From: an uncultured Spirochaetota bacterium
GTDB lineage: Bacteria; Spirochaetota; Brevinematia; Brevinematales; JAOACQ01
Length of the DNA stretch: 64,000 nucleotides
Assembly: GCA_963783575.1 (NCBI GenBank)
Contig: CAWAOD010000009.1
Location: 32,001 to 96,000 of the forward strand
Direction of reading: 5' to 3'
This document shows positions 53,055 to 64,000 of the stretch, one piece after another (within the stretch, counting starts at the first letter, position 1; the number at the start of each line of letters is the position of its first letter). The notes under the pieces are model-generated. The model had not been told where the DNA came from, did not search any database, and saw only the letters and a program-made list of their open reading frames with translations. A program made the position numbers and the translations under genes.

Positions 53055-54510
53055 AATATTTCTCCAATTATTTTTAAATTCAGATTTTCCCTCATCACAG
53101 CTTCCAGGCGGTCAAATTCGGACAGCATATTATAGGGGTGAGTGTCCGGCAGCGGTTTCAATCCCTTTTTTTCACGGACTTTATTAAGCAGAAAACGGCG
53201 GAAGATATCACTGTCAAAAATACCATGAAGATAGCTCCCCCAGACATTACCGCTATCGCTGATGCTGCCGAGGCCTGGATTATCAACAAATAAGCTGTTT
53301 TCACATGTAATCGCTCTTCCCATGATGGATTTCATAACCGTTAACCGTCATATTTTCCCAGATAAAAACCGCCCGGGTCTGAGATAAATATTTTTCTTCA
53401 TTAAAAACCGTCTCCATATCCAGAAGTCCGAAACCGTCAATTTTTATAGCTGGGGATTCTACATTTTTGGGATACTGAATCGTTTTACCGAGCATTTGAT
53501 ATCCTCCGCAAATCCCTACAATCATTTTATTCCACTGGTTTAACTCCTGTATTTTTTCCCCAAAACCTTCCTTTTTTAAGACATTAATATCGTATGAAAC
53601 ATTTTTTGACCCGGGAAGAATTACAATATCAGCATTATCAAGGTCCTGAGGTTTTCGGGTCATGAAAATTTGCACATCCGGCTCGGCAAGGAAAGGATTG
53701 TAATCGGAGATGTTGGAAATGTGGGGCATATCGACAATCCCGATCGTAATTTCCTTTGTTTTCTGCTGATTAAACGGCTGGTCCCGGAAAACAGTCCCTG
53801 CGGAATCTTCCTCGGGTAGATTAAGACTGGTGATCATTGGAATTACTCCAAGAACAGGTTTGCATGTTTTTTCTTCCAGAAAATCAAGCCCAGGCTTTAA
53901 TAGGCTTAAATCACCTCGGAATTTATTTATGATGAAGCCTTTGATCCTATTCCTCTCTTCCGGTTCGAGAAGTTCAAGAGTTCCGACCAGGCTTGCAAAT
54001 ACTCCTCCACGGTCTATGTCTCCGACAAGAATTACGGGTGCATTAGCCATTTTAGCAATACTCATATTTGCAAGCTCTTCTTTTTTCAGATTGATTTCTG
54101 CCGGCGACCCGGCTCCTTCAATTACAATTATGTCATATTCTGCATCTAATGACCTGTATGCGCCTGATATAACCTTTTTCAGGTATTCCCTGCGTCCCAT
54201 ATAATCATAGAAGTCCAACCGGTCAAAGACTTTACCCATCACAATGACCTGAGACATATAATTTGTCACAGGCTTTAATAAAACCGGGTTCATCCGGACA
54301 TCGGCTTATTCCAGCAGTTTGGGCTTGCATAGCTTGTGCTCTTCCCATTTCAAGTCTGTCAGCAGTAACATAAGAATTAAGTGCCATATTCTGGGACTTA
54401 AATGGAGCTGTCTTCAAACCGTTTTTGTAAAATATCCTGCATAACCCGGCTGTAATTAACGATTTTCCCACACTCGAAGCCGTTCCCTGGATCATTATGG
54501 ACTTTGCCAT
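53039..54510 (-). CDS. cobQ: Cobyric acid synthase, two frameshifts (~54300, ~53310)
   Basis: [54 protein letters not shown] across three frames. Confidence 0.93.
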
Positions 54511-54521
54511 ATTGCCTTCCT

Positions 54522-56440
54522 TTAGAGGTGATAACGGATTCCGGCCGTAAAATTAATCCCGGAAGTATTATATCCTTCTGTCTCAATATATTTTACATTA
54601 AACAGGTTGTCTATGTTTCCATAAAAATCAGCCTTCTTCCAGCGGTATAGAAGCGATACTCCGGTAACCCAGTGTTCGGGAATTACAGCTCCACCAAAAT
54701 CATATTTTGTCCCGGTATAAACAGCGTTCAGATTCAGGCTGAAGTTTGAAACAGGCTGAAATTCCGCTGAAATATTTCCTTTATGCATTGGAATTTGAAA
54801 CATCATAAGTCCGCTGACTTGATTGACGGCATAAGTATAAGTGTATTCAACCTCGAATTCAAGCATTTTTAAAGGCCTTATTTTCAAAGAAGATTCAATG
54901 CCTGTACTTTTTACGCTTCCCAGATTGGTATACAGAAAGCTTTCGAAATCATAAGTCACCATGTTTTTGAAATCATTCTGGAAAAAAGTTAACTCAAAAT
55001 CTATTATATTAAGATAATTCTGGATTAATCCGGCGTCAAACCCGCTGCTTACTTCGGGTTTAAGGTTGGTTGACCCGTAAGGAGAATAAAGCTGATATAA
55101 AGTGGGTCCTTAAACCCTGTTCCGGCATTTCCCTTAAGAGAAAGACCGATATCGGCAAGAGGTATAAGCACGGATGTCTGGTAGCTCAGGACAGCCCCTG
55201 ATGAAGATGTAAAGTCCGCACGGATTCCTGTGGTATTGTTAAAGAACTCATTGAGATTTAATTGATTCTGCAGGTAAATTGCCGTATTAGTCTTGCCGAC
55301 ATTTGTAATATCGCTCACATACAAACCATATGTAGTATCCTGATAATGGGACGACCCGCTTTCCAGCTGTCCTTCAAGGCCTGCAGTCAAAGTATCCAAT
55401 GTTTTGTAACTAAACCGGTTTATAATTTCCCCCTGGATGGTCTCACCTTTATACCAGCTGTCCAATTCGCTCTGTGAAGGCAGAGGAATCCTGGATTCGT
55501 TTCTGTTGGCAAGATTATAAGATAAATCCAACTGATAATTCCACCAGTCAAAAGGCTTTTGCAAGAACTCCCCATGTAAAGTCATATCATCATTAATCAT
55601 TTTGTGGAAATCGTCATCCTGGAATGCTCCGGTATCTATATCGGCAGATGTATAACCGTATCTTCCGGTAAAACGTATCTTTGCATTATCAAACAAATCA
55701 TAGCCAAAACCGCCGGAAGCAAAGGTTGACTCATAACCGTCTTTTTCGGGATCCTGAGTTGTATTTGTAAGATAAGCCTGTGAAAATCCATCACTTTTTT
55801 CATGAGAAACGGAAATGGAAAAATCCGAATATTCAGTCCTTCCTTCCGCTCCCGTTCCGATTTTGAAGGTATTAAAACTGCCTGCTCCTGAGTCAAGAAA
55901 GAAGTCAAAATCCTTTTTACCTTTTTTAGTTATTATATTAATCACTCCGCCCATGGCTTCAGAACCGTAAAGAGCGCTATGCGGGCCCCGGATAATTTCA
56001 ATCCTTTCGACATTATCAAGATTAAGATTGGCAAAATTAAAAGATTCATCCGTCATCATAGGATCATTTAAAGGAGCACCGTCAAGTAAAACCAGTGTAT
56101 CACCGGGCTTCGAACCGCGCAGATATACATCTGCTATACCGCCGCGGCCTCCAACTTCGTAAAAAGTAATTCCCGGAACATTTTTCAGAAGGTCTGCAAC
56201 AGTCCTGCCGCTTTGTTTTTCTATATCTTCACTGCTGATAACCGTAACGGAAGCTCCTACCTGCGCGGCAGGCTGTTCTATTTTTGCGGCGCTTACTACA
56301 ATTTCGGGTAATATTGCCGTGATATTAGTATTTGTTTCCTGGCCGTGAATTTGGCCTGCCTGGAAGATGATGACTAAAATGAATGGTCTGTAAAGTTTGT
56401 AATTCATCAATAATGAAAATAAGTTATATAATCTTTTCAT
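54522..56440 (-). CDS. btuB: TonB-dependent cobalamin receptor, 1-nt frameshift near 55108
   Basis: Plug [28 protein letters not shown]; shifted frame [18 protein letters not shown] joins the C-terminal barrel; riboswitch upstream. Confidence 0.88.
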
Positions 56441-56560
56441 AATTCTTCTCCTGATTTAAATAAGCAAAAAACACCAAAAACCCATAGATCAATTCAAACC
56501 AGGAAAATCATGTTGTTTTAGCCATAAATTTCTCCTCAATCCTCGAAGGATTTTTTGCAG

Positions 56561-56713
56561 TTTGCGGCCTGCCGGTCTTCTGGCTCTCCCCGATTCAGAC
56601 TGCCTTCTCACCCAATAGAGCGGGCAATGGCAAACTTGCCTGAATCATTATACGGGGATTACAGCTGCGGGTCAGCTCCCGGTTTTCACGGGATTCCCGA
56701 TGCCGGCCGCTAT
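56561..56713 (-). ncRNA. Cobalamin riboswitch
   Basis: Minus strand: gggaatcccgtgaaaaccggga..cccgcagctgtaa..gcca..gagaagg..agccagaagacc; upstream of the btuB-cob operon. Confidence 0.9.
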
Positions 56714-56829
56714 AATACAACATTAAACTTTAGATACTTATTTTATAAAACCGGATATTTATTGTCAAAAAAGAAGGAAGTGTTTTTATACGGCTCTGCT
56801 CTGGATTTTACCATGTGCCGGAAGATCTT

Positions 56830-57650
56830 CTACTTTTTTGCCGTTATGATATGACTTTCCATAGGAACAGCTAAACCGTAATCGTCAATATAAATCTTCA
56901 AAGATCTAATTATATCACCGAACATTTTTGTACGTTCCTCATTTGCCATTTCATCAATTTTATTCGCAACAAATGGGAAAACCGAAAGATACCCCGGAAG
57001 AAATTCTTTTAATGAAGGATACCGTGCAACTCGCGATTCAAGACGGATGTAAATGTCATGGAATCCTGTATTGTTTAGAATATCTCGAATTTCCTCACGA
57101 TCGTATAGTGAACAGGATGCATAGAAACCGGCCGTTAAATTTACACCAAGATATGCGCCAATTACATCTGATAAAACAGCTAAAAATGGGCAACGGTCAA
57201 TCGATCTCCAAACACTAATCGCAATAATTCCGCTTGGTACCATTACCCTAAACATTTCATACAAAGCCGCCAGTCTGTCAGAAAAAAACTGAAGGCCCTG
57301 TTGACATAAAACAATATCATATTCAGATTCTTTAAATGGCATAGATGCAGCATCGCCCTGATACCATTCGATAGGATGTATATCCTCCCGGTCAGCAAAC
57401 TTTTTTGCCGCGCTAAGCATCGCTCTATCTGCATCAAGCCCGGCAATATTGCCGCTTGTTCCAATTAAACGAGAGGCCTTTCTGGCAACAACACCAGTAC
57501 CACAAGCAACATCAAGCACCCTATCACCCCGCCCAACTTTAGCGCTTTCTACAAGCGCCTGACCCATTCTCCCATCCAAGCTGAAACAATATATCGTTCG
57601 TAAGCATCCGGAACCGTACCGTCAACTCGCCATCCAGATTCTTTACTCAA
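56830..57650 (-). CDS. Class I SAM-dependent methyltransferase, frameshift near 57575
   Basis: VLDVACGTG, GDAASMPF, CQQGLQFF; TTG start at 57650 with GGAGG RBS. Confidence 0.88.
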
Positions 57651-57771
57651 TATAATTTTCCTCCATCTACTATTTAGCTCTCATTTTTAGTTAGACTAAC
57701 AATTGCTTAACATATTAGAAATTCTTTTTTCCATTAATAAATATTTTCTGAAAGTATAAAATTAAGATTTT

Positions 57772-58851
57772 CTATTTCGGTGCAATCTTTTTCATTCTGC
57801 CGAGAATCTCATTATATTCCACTCCCGAAAGAGTCTTGTCAGGTTTAAAGTTGATACCGTCCGGAAGGTCAAAAACTTCCCTTTCAACAAGCCCCAACGC
57901 CGAATCAAACCAGGGATCATCCAGATTCAGATCAGGTACAGGGCTTTTAGCCGCATTGCCTTCCTGAGCATTTGTTTTGTACCGGCTGCTGTATTCAGTG
58001 AGCATATCGCTGTTATTTTCTTTGAAGGAAAGGATATGATAAAGGAAATAAGCGGCAAATTTCCTTTCGGCCGGCCGGTTAATATCAATCAGGAATTGAG
58101 GCAGAAAACCTTTATCCTTTGCTTTTGCAAATATAATTTCATAAGAATCACCAGCGGTTAATTCTAGCCATGAGGTTTCTGAAGATGTAAGGGCAATCAT
58201 ACCCTCTATTGTCAGAACCGGATGATTCAGCCATTCCATAACCGTTTGATCCGGAGAAACATCCTTCATCTTAAATGAATAATCAAGTATTTTCCCAAAA
58301 ATATCCCTGTATCCCGGGGAAAGTTTTTGCAAAGCCTCGTCCAGTCCGGCGGCAGCTTCACGGTATCTTTTGGCCTCATAATCCGCAAGCCCTTTTTCAA
58401 GAATCAATTGACCGGAACCGGAATTAGATTTTAAGGCTTTATTAATAAGAGCCTGTTTTTTCTTTAAATCGTTTTCCACATGAATTTTTAAAATAGTAAC
58501 CCTATAACTGGCCGGATTTTCATTTTCTGCAGTTTTAAGAAATTCAAGAGCAATATCGTTTTTCTTATCAAGAAGTTCGATTTCGCCTGACAGCGCATAA
58601 ACGGAAGCATTATAATCTTTATTCAAAGTCATATACCTGCGCAGGTTTTCCGCATATTTCCTTAGTTCCGTTATTATTTTTTGTCTTGAATCTGCCTGTT
58701 GATCATACCTTAAAGCATATATTTTTTCTTCAAGATCAAGTATTTGATTGTTCTCAAGTTCACCGGCGCTTGATACTGATTTCGGCTTGACCATATTCTG
58801 GCATGAAGTGAAAATTATGCAAATAAACAATAATAGCAAAATATTTTTCAT
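57772..58851 (-). CDS. TPR-containing lipoprotein with SLH-like C-terminus
   Basis: IFTSC lipobox; helical repeats; PDLNLDDPWF...FKPDKTLSG. Confidence 0.65.
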   Translation of the reverse strand: MKNILLLLFICIIFTSCQNMVKPKSVSSAGELENNQILDLEEKIYALRYDQQADSRQKIITELRKYAENLRRYMTLNKDYNASVYALSGEIELLDKKNDIALEFLKTAENENPASYRVTILKIHVENDLKKKQALINKALKSNSGSGQLILEKGLADYEAKRYREAAAGLDEALQKLSPGYRDIFGKILDYSFKMKDVSPDQTVMEWLNHPVLTIEGMIALTSSETSWLELTAGDSYEIIFAKAKDKGFLPQFLIDINRPAERKFAAYFLYHILSFKENNSDMLTEYSSRYKTNAQEGNAAKSPVPDLNLDDPWFDSALGLVEREVFDLPDGINFKPDKTLSGVEYNEILGRMKKIAPK

Positions 58852-58862
58852 TAAATATCTCC

Positions 58863-61541
58863 TTAGAATGGCAGAGTGTATGCATAAATCTTATCGTCAA
58901 TACTTCCCGTTACAAGTTCGGCTTTACCATCCTGATTGAGGTCATAAAACTGCGGGCGTGTGTTTCCTTTAAGCGGAAATCCTGGTAAATCAATAAGCTT
59001 TGATGTCAAACAGTAAATTGAGTTTCTGCATCCATAAATCATAATTTTGGGTTCGGTATTATGACTGCCGTAATACAATTCAATGCGTGCTTCTTTACCA
59101 TCAAGCCCTTCTATTTTGCGTTCCGATAAAATTTTCGGTTCAAGGCTTAAAATCCTTACTTTCCCGTCTTCCGAAAGTATTAAAAGCCCTTCGTCATTAT
59201 TTTCTGATAATGGAATCATCACAGGATTATGATAAAAAATACCGTCAACCTGGAAGGGAAAACCCTTCAGGCTTTTTCCAAGGCTATTCCAGGCGTATAA
59301 AAGCCCCGATTGGGTCAGGCAGGCAATCACAACATCATCATTATGACGGACAATTACTGGTGAGCCGAAGCTAATCCCATCTATGGACAGAGGCCAGCCG
59401 GACATTGCAGTGCCGGAATCATCAGCTAAATAAACCTTGCCGTCAAAACTTTTCGGATATAGGGCCCATAATCCGTCGCGTAAGGCAGGTTCCGCTAGTA
59501 ATGGATTAGGCATTTCAAAGGCAAAGGGTGAAACATTGCCCTGGTGATCCATAAGGAAGAGCTTTTTGTCCGGTCTTGAGAAAAACAATAATTTATCACC
59601 CGAGACGGTGGGGATAAAAGATTGTTTATATTCCGTGAGTTTTGGGAAAGGAGATATTGCCTTTACTTTTTTATCAAAGCGGTAGAATGTTCCCTGCGGA
59701 GAATAGACAAAGAAACTGTCCCTGAATATCGCCGGAATTATCGAAGAATTTTCATCAATCTCAGCCGTAAAAGTTTCAGTCATAGTAAGATCGGAGGAAA
59801 CAAGCTCATTTTTATTTCTGATAAAAATCAAGCTGGGTACATAACTCCCCGAAAAAGCCCTAACCCAAATATCTCCGCTAACACTGCCGCCAGCATTTAC
59901 CGGAAAACCCGGAAATGGTTTAATAACTTCTCTTTCGGTTTTTATGGCTGTAAGAATGATATTCCATTTCCCGGAATAAGAGGTCATACTCGCTGTACCC
60001 AGGCCGTAAAGCTTAAGCACCCTCGAAAGTGAAGATTCATTGTTGATAAAAAATGGAGTGTTCTGATCCAGATTATAATAAAGAAAAAGGCCCGGATTGT
60101 CCGGAAGCTCTTTCGACAATTTATTGTAATAATTCCAGTTCGCAAGGGTTTTACCTTTCCTGGCCGAATTCACAGTATCCGCGAGCGTTTCAGGATTGAG
60201 TGAAATGAACAGATAACCGGATTCTTCAATATAATAAGGCGTGGGAAGTTTTACCCCGAACATTGCAATAATTGGCTGCAGGATATCGGGGACCAGGATT
60301 TTTGTCAGTTGAATATTATCCAGAACCAGAGACTTATCGCCCTGGAGTATTATGGAATTTTGAATTTTATCAATCGCCTGGCCGAATTTACTCTGATCCC
60401 TGACACGGCAGAAAATGACCGGTTCATTTGAATTGCTAAGCATTAAAATTCCAGCATCATTACCTGCCCAATCGAAAAAAAGCCCGTCCAGACCCATTCC
60501 AAATAGAAGCTTGCAATCTTCATCGGCTTTATTCATAAGTTCCACGGCGGATTTGCCCTGAAGGCCAACAGCAAGAGAAGCGATATCTTTTATGGAACAC
60601 AAATTAATAATCGAGAAAAATGACGTGTTTGAAGGAAGTCTTGAAATTATATCGATTTTTTCAGGATTGCTTGAAATTACCTTTTTAATTATTTCATCTG
60701 TAGAATCCGGGAACGCCGATAATTCCATTCGGAAATTAGTATTATCCAATTTTATCGTAATAATTGTTTCTTTTGAAAAATCAATTTTATCAAGAACCTG
60801 TTTTACAGTTGGATTCGATTCAGCCGCCGGTTTTAGAAGTTCCTTTGTATCGACAAGGATCCTCAGGGTTCCGAACGGAGCGGATTTAAGCTTATCTAGC
60901 AGTTCCTTCTCTCCTTTTTTTAACAGGTTATTATCCGAACCCGCTTTTTCAAGAACATCCTCCAGCAAGGCATCATCGGTTGAAAGTATTAAAAGATTAT
61001 CTTCAAAGCTGAAATATAATGAATTATTATTTCCCATCCCATATTTAAAAACAATCTTTCCGTTTTTTCTGATAGAAGTAATGTTTTTCAGGTTCATATT
61101 GATCCCTAATGCGGGGAAAACTCTTGTGACAACCGATCTCCACCCCAGGTCAAAAACGGCGATGATCTTTTTATTCTCGAGTACTGCTGAATCCAGCCGC
61201 ACATTCAATAGTTCATGAAAAAGATTATTTTTTGATAAGCTTTTTCCCCGGAAATCGGTCAAAACTTTACGAATAGGCAGAAATTCCTGGCTTGAAAGAA
61301 TGATATCGGCGGCTTCAAGATTAATCCAGTCTTCATAAACGATTTTTAGAGATGGAATCTCCGCGAATATCAGGAATTTTTCAGGAATGTAAGAAAGCGG
61401 CTGTTTGATTGTAAAAAAATAGTGGACGGTAAGCCCTGCAATTCCGGCAAAAAGCAGTATAAAAATGAATAATAATAACCGAATGATGAATCCGGCAATA
61501 GGATTTTTTTTCCGCCTTTTTGCATGATCTTCTTTTTCCAT
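58863..61541 (-). CDS. Large membrane-anchored protein with C-terminal beta-propeller/FG-GAP-like repeats
   Basis: N-terminal TM; repeated PGFP/SGWP/KGFP; DLNQDGKAELV. Confidence 0.65.
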   Translation of the reverse strand: MEKEDHAKRRKKNPIAGFIIRLLLFIFILLFAGIAGLTVHYFFTIKQPLSYIPEKFLIFAEIPSLKIVYEDWINLEAADIILSSQEFLPIRKVLTDFRGKSLSKNNLFHELLNVRLDSAVLENKKIIAVFDLGWRSVVTRVFPALGINMNLKNITSIRKNGKIVFKYGMGNNNSLYFSFEDNLLILSTDDALLEDVLEKAGSDNNLLKKGEKELLDKLKSAPFGTLRILVDTKELLKPAAESNPTVKQVLDKIDFSKETIITIKLDNTNFRMELSAFPDSTDEIIKKVISSNPEKIDIISRLPSNTSFFSIINLCSIKDIASLAVGLQGKSAVELMNKADEDCKLLFGMGLDGLFFDWAGNDAGILMLSNSNEPVIFCRVRDQSKFGQAIDKIQNSIILQGDKSLVLDNIQLTKILVPDILQPIIAMFGVKLPTPYYIEESGYLFISLNPETLADTVNSARKGKTLANWNYYNKLSKELPDNPGLFLYYNLDQNTPFFINNESSLSRVLKLYGLGTASMTSYSGKWNIILTAIKTEREVIKPFPGFPVNAGGSVSGDIWVRAFSGSYVPSLIFIRNKNELVSSDLTMTETFTAEIDENSSIIPAIFRDSFFVYSPQGTFYRFDKKVKAISPFPKLTEYKQSFIPTVSGDKLLFFSRPDKKLFLMDHQGNVSPFAFEMPNPLLAEPALRDGLWALYPKSFDGKVYLADDSGTAMSGWPLSIDGISFGSPVIVRHNDDVVIACLTQSGLLYAWNSLGKSLKGFPFQVDGIFYHNPVMIPLSENNDEGLLILSEDGKVRILSLEPKILSERKIEGLDGKEARIELYYGSHNTEPKIMIYGCRNSIYCLTSKLIDLPGFPLKGNTRPQFYDLNQDGKAELVTGSIDDKIYAYTLPF

Positions 61542-61748
61542 CTGAGCCTTCCTTACATTATAATTTTAAATTTGATTATTATATCCAATCAAATGGGGTT
61601 AGTCAAAATAATAATTTGTAAAAGGCCTGATAAATCTTATTTATTGTATAATCACTTCATTTCTTCTAAAATATCATGCTTTAATATTATAAAATCTTAT
61701 TTATTAATTTTTATATCCATAGGAAACTAAAAAAGCGGAGACGGTAAT

Positions 61749-62036
61749 ATGGGCCGATTGATAATTGGCTTTAAAAACGCGTATTCATCATATTTAAAAC
61801 CTGATGCGGTTACCGGTTCTATTGAAAGTTCAATTTTGATATGGGACTTTTTCGAAAAAACAACTTACAAAGCCGGTATTATAGGATTTTTAATAGGACT
61901 TGTTGTTATTCTGGAAAACGCCGGGAAACCAGAAAACCTTGGACCGGCAGTCGCAATGAGCCTGATTTCCATACTATACAGTCTTATTTTTGTAATTATA
62001 ACCAGGATTCTAAAAGCGAGGATTTTGGAAAGATAA
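61749..62036 (+). CDS. Small MotA/TolQ/ExbB-like membrane protein
   Basis: GIIGFLIGLVVIL...LGPAVAMSLISILYS. Confidence 0.55.
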   Translation: MGRLIIGFKNAYSSYLKPDAVTGSIESSILIWDFFEKTTYKAGIIGFLIGLVVILENAGKPENLGPAVAMSLISILYSLIFVIITRILKARILER

Positions 62037-62074
62037 TATAACTTCTATTCTTTAGCAACTCAGGCGGAATCATT

Positions 62075-63001
62075 TTACCAGAAATTGTATATGTATTCTA
62101 TATGAAGGAATAAATACTCTCCGCCTCCATTTTCTTTAGTTATATTATATTCATTTTCTTCTTTCAAATTGCCCCTGTAATCATATATATAGCCGGTCTT
62201 TGTTCTATACTGTACATCAGCAGTGATTTTCTCTATTAATCTGCCGTTATTATCATATTTATAGGTGATGCTGGTTGTAGGCGTTTCGCTTGAAGTATAT
62301 AAATCCTCTTTTATAACCCGTCCATCAGCATTATATTGATAAGTGGTTTTGTTTATAACCGCCTCGTTTAAATAAACATCGCTCTGTTCAATCAATCTGG
62401 AATCTGAATTATATTGAAAAGCCGATTTCAGCTTCAAATCTCCCCGGGAATCATAAGCGCTTGACTGCAAAATTTTACCCTGATTATCATATGTGTTGCT
62501 GATCTTTTCAAACAGTCCCCCATTGAGATTAAAAGTTTTTTCTTCAATTAAATTATTTCCTCCGTCATAGCTGTAAACCGTCCGGCGTGTAGAAAGCCCG
62601 TCAAAACTTATTTTCTGCACCTTACAATTATTTTCATTATAATTATACGAATTCGATGAATGAATAACCCCATCTTTAAAAAACAGCTCGGAGCTGATCA
62701 GGTTATTATTATCGTCATACCAATAATTCCAGCGATAAATAAGCAATTCGTCATTATTAAAAAGCTTCGTTTCTATTTTATTTCCACGTTTATCATACTT
62801 GTTTTCAGTAACGTCTTGAAGTATATTCATAATCTGATTATTGGTATTATCCACCTTATATCTGTTTATTTTCATTTCAGCAGTTGGAACAACAATTTTA
62901 TCCTCTTCCCATCCTGTTTTCTTAACCGGCGAATTAGAAAATATAACTCCCCATAATGAAAAAATAAGAAATATTATTATAAAAAATTTAGTTTGATTCA
63001 T
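62075..63001 (-). CDS. Secreted YD-repeat protein
   Basis: Signal peptide; repeated YD.xGN/GR motifs (YDKRGNK, YDGGNNL, YDNQGK, YDNNGRL). Confidence 0.8.
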   Translation of the reverse strand: MNQTKFFIIIFLIFSLWGVIFSNSPVKKTGWEEDKIVVPTAEMKINRYKVDNTNNQIMNILQDVTENKYDKRGNKIETKLFNNDELLIYRWNYWYDDNNNLISSELFFKDGVIHSSNSYNYNENNCKVQKISFDGLSTRRTVYSYDGGNNLIEEKTFNLNGGLFEKISNTYDNQGKILQSSAYDSRGDLKLKSAFQYNSDSRLIEQSDVYLNEAVINKTTYQYNADGRVIKEDLYTSSETPTTSITYKYDNNGRLIEKITADVQYRTKTGYIYDYRGNLKEENEYNITKENGGGEYLFLHIEYIYNFW

Positions 63002-63101
63002 AATAACACCCTCCTAATAATTCATACTTTCGATTAGCACAATAAGTATATGAACAAAAATTTCCATAGTCAATAAACACAATATTATTAATAAAAAAGT
63101 A

Positions 63102-63120
63102 AGGCGGGTAAAACCCGCCT
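63102..63120 (-). terminator. Intrinsic terminator
   Basis: aggcgggt-aaa-acccgcct hairpin with an A-rich tract on the left (U-rich on the minus strand). Confidence 0.65.
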
Positions 63121-63144
63121 GAAATTTTATTTATTAATCAGTTT

Positions 63145-64000
63145 TTAACCCAGTTTGATTTTTAGCAAGCAAATAACAAAAATCGAAGTTATAAATGTAA
63201 GCAAAAGCGAAAATACAAAAGCTACTCGTATAACTTTATTCTCTTCACCGAGTTTTCCAATTGAGGCCGCCGCGTTCTGCAATTTCGCAGGCGATATTAC
63301 ACTTGCGAGGCCGCCGCCGAAAGCAAGACCGGCAGTTATGATGATAATGCCTTCAAGTCCCATTTTCAGATTCTGAGCGGTTGTCATAGTATATTTGGCG
63401 AACATGCTGATTGTAGATGCTTCGCTTCCGGTAATAAATCCGCCTAATAACCCTATAAAAACTGCTACTCCACCATAAGCGTTATGAAAAAACATTGAGG
63501 AATAATCCGCCAGTACTTTTACCATACTCGGAACAGCAAAATTTTTTACCGCCATATTGTATCCGGACATATTCATTACTTCACCGATGGCAAAAAAGAT
63601 TGCAGCCGAGAAAACAGGCCTTGGAGCCTCTTCAGCCAGACGGCCAGAGATTCCTTTAATTCTGCGGCTTTCGGCTTCATTATAGGAATTGATATCAAAA
63701 TACTGACCAATATCCATGTATATGCCTGCCACAAAGCTCTCGTATCGAGAGGCGCACTGTTGGCAGTTAGTCCGTTTACAGGAAGTTTATAATTATAATA
63801 CAGGAAATTAAAGAAAGGTTTCGGGATATTAAGTGCAAGAATAATAACAATCAATATTAGCCAAGGCATCAAGGCCTTCCAAAGCGGATATCTCTTCTCG
63901 TATTCCAATTCTTCAGCGGAAAGCATGGTTTTATCAATTACTTTTTTACCTGTGGCTATAAGGTAAATCACCATTGCCAGGATAACTGCGATACCGCAAA
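63145..64000 (-). CDS. L-lactate permease family transporter, 3' part, frameshift near 63620
   Basis: GLLGGFITGSEAS, GGGLASVISPAKL; runs off the right edge. Confidence 0.75.

Noticed and set aside
195..63376. Numerous short antisense or overlapping ORFs in the six-frame track
   Set aside because: They overlap well-supported genes and have no motifs; shadow ORFs.

Overview
AT-rich bacterial genomic window; the gene content is compatible with a free-living diderm such as a spirochaete, but that is inference only. From left to right: (1) two sensor kinases sharing a ~655-bp nearly identical kinase core, plus a REC-GGDEF-EAL protein. (2) An alternative-function chemosensory operon (2 MCP, 2 CheW, CheB, CheR-TPR, CheA-REC) ending in a REC-adenylate cyclase. 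(3) The main discovery, 16.1-27.9 kb: a polarised cargo array anchored on the cyclase gene. The cyclase 3' end recurs four times, progressively more decayed, and each copy is followed by unrelated cargo (CDC-like cytolysin; Asp-box/CBM protein plus ankyrin protein; desaturase-reductase fusion; membrane protein). Three of the cargo genes sit behind a repeated IS91-type end carrying an outward sigma70 promoter, and a degraded IS91-family transposase lies next to the first end. (4) mgsA, a GT-C glycosyltransferase, a TetR locus with a perfect 36-bp palindrome, a MITE-interrupted MORN gene, aroE-rbsD-rbsK and an AraC/ABC exporter. (5) A cobalamin-riboswitch-controlled cobamide salvage/remodelling operon (btuB-cobQ-cobU-cobS-cbiR-cobT), followed by envelope proteins. 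Several small frameshifts in ordinary genes suggest sequencing indels. All functional calls come from motif recognition, not database searches.
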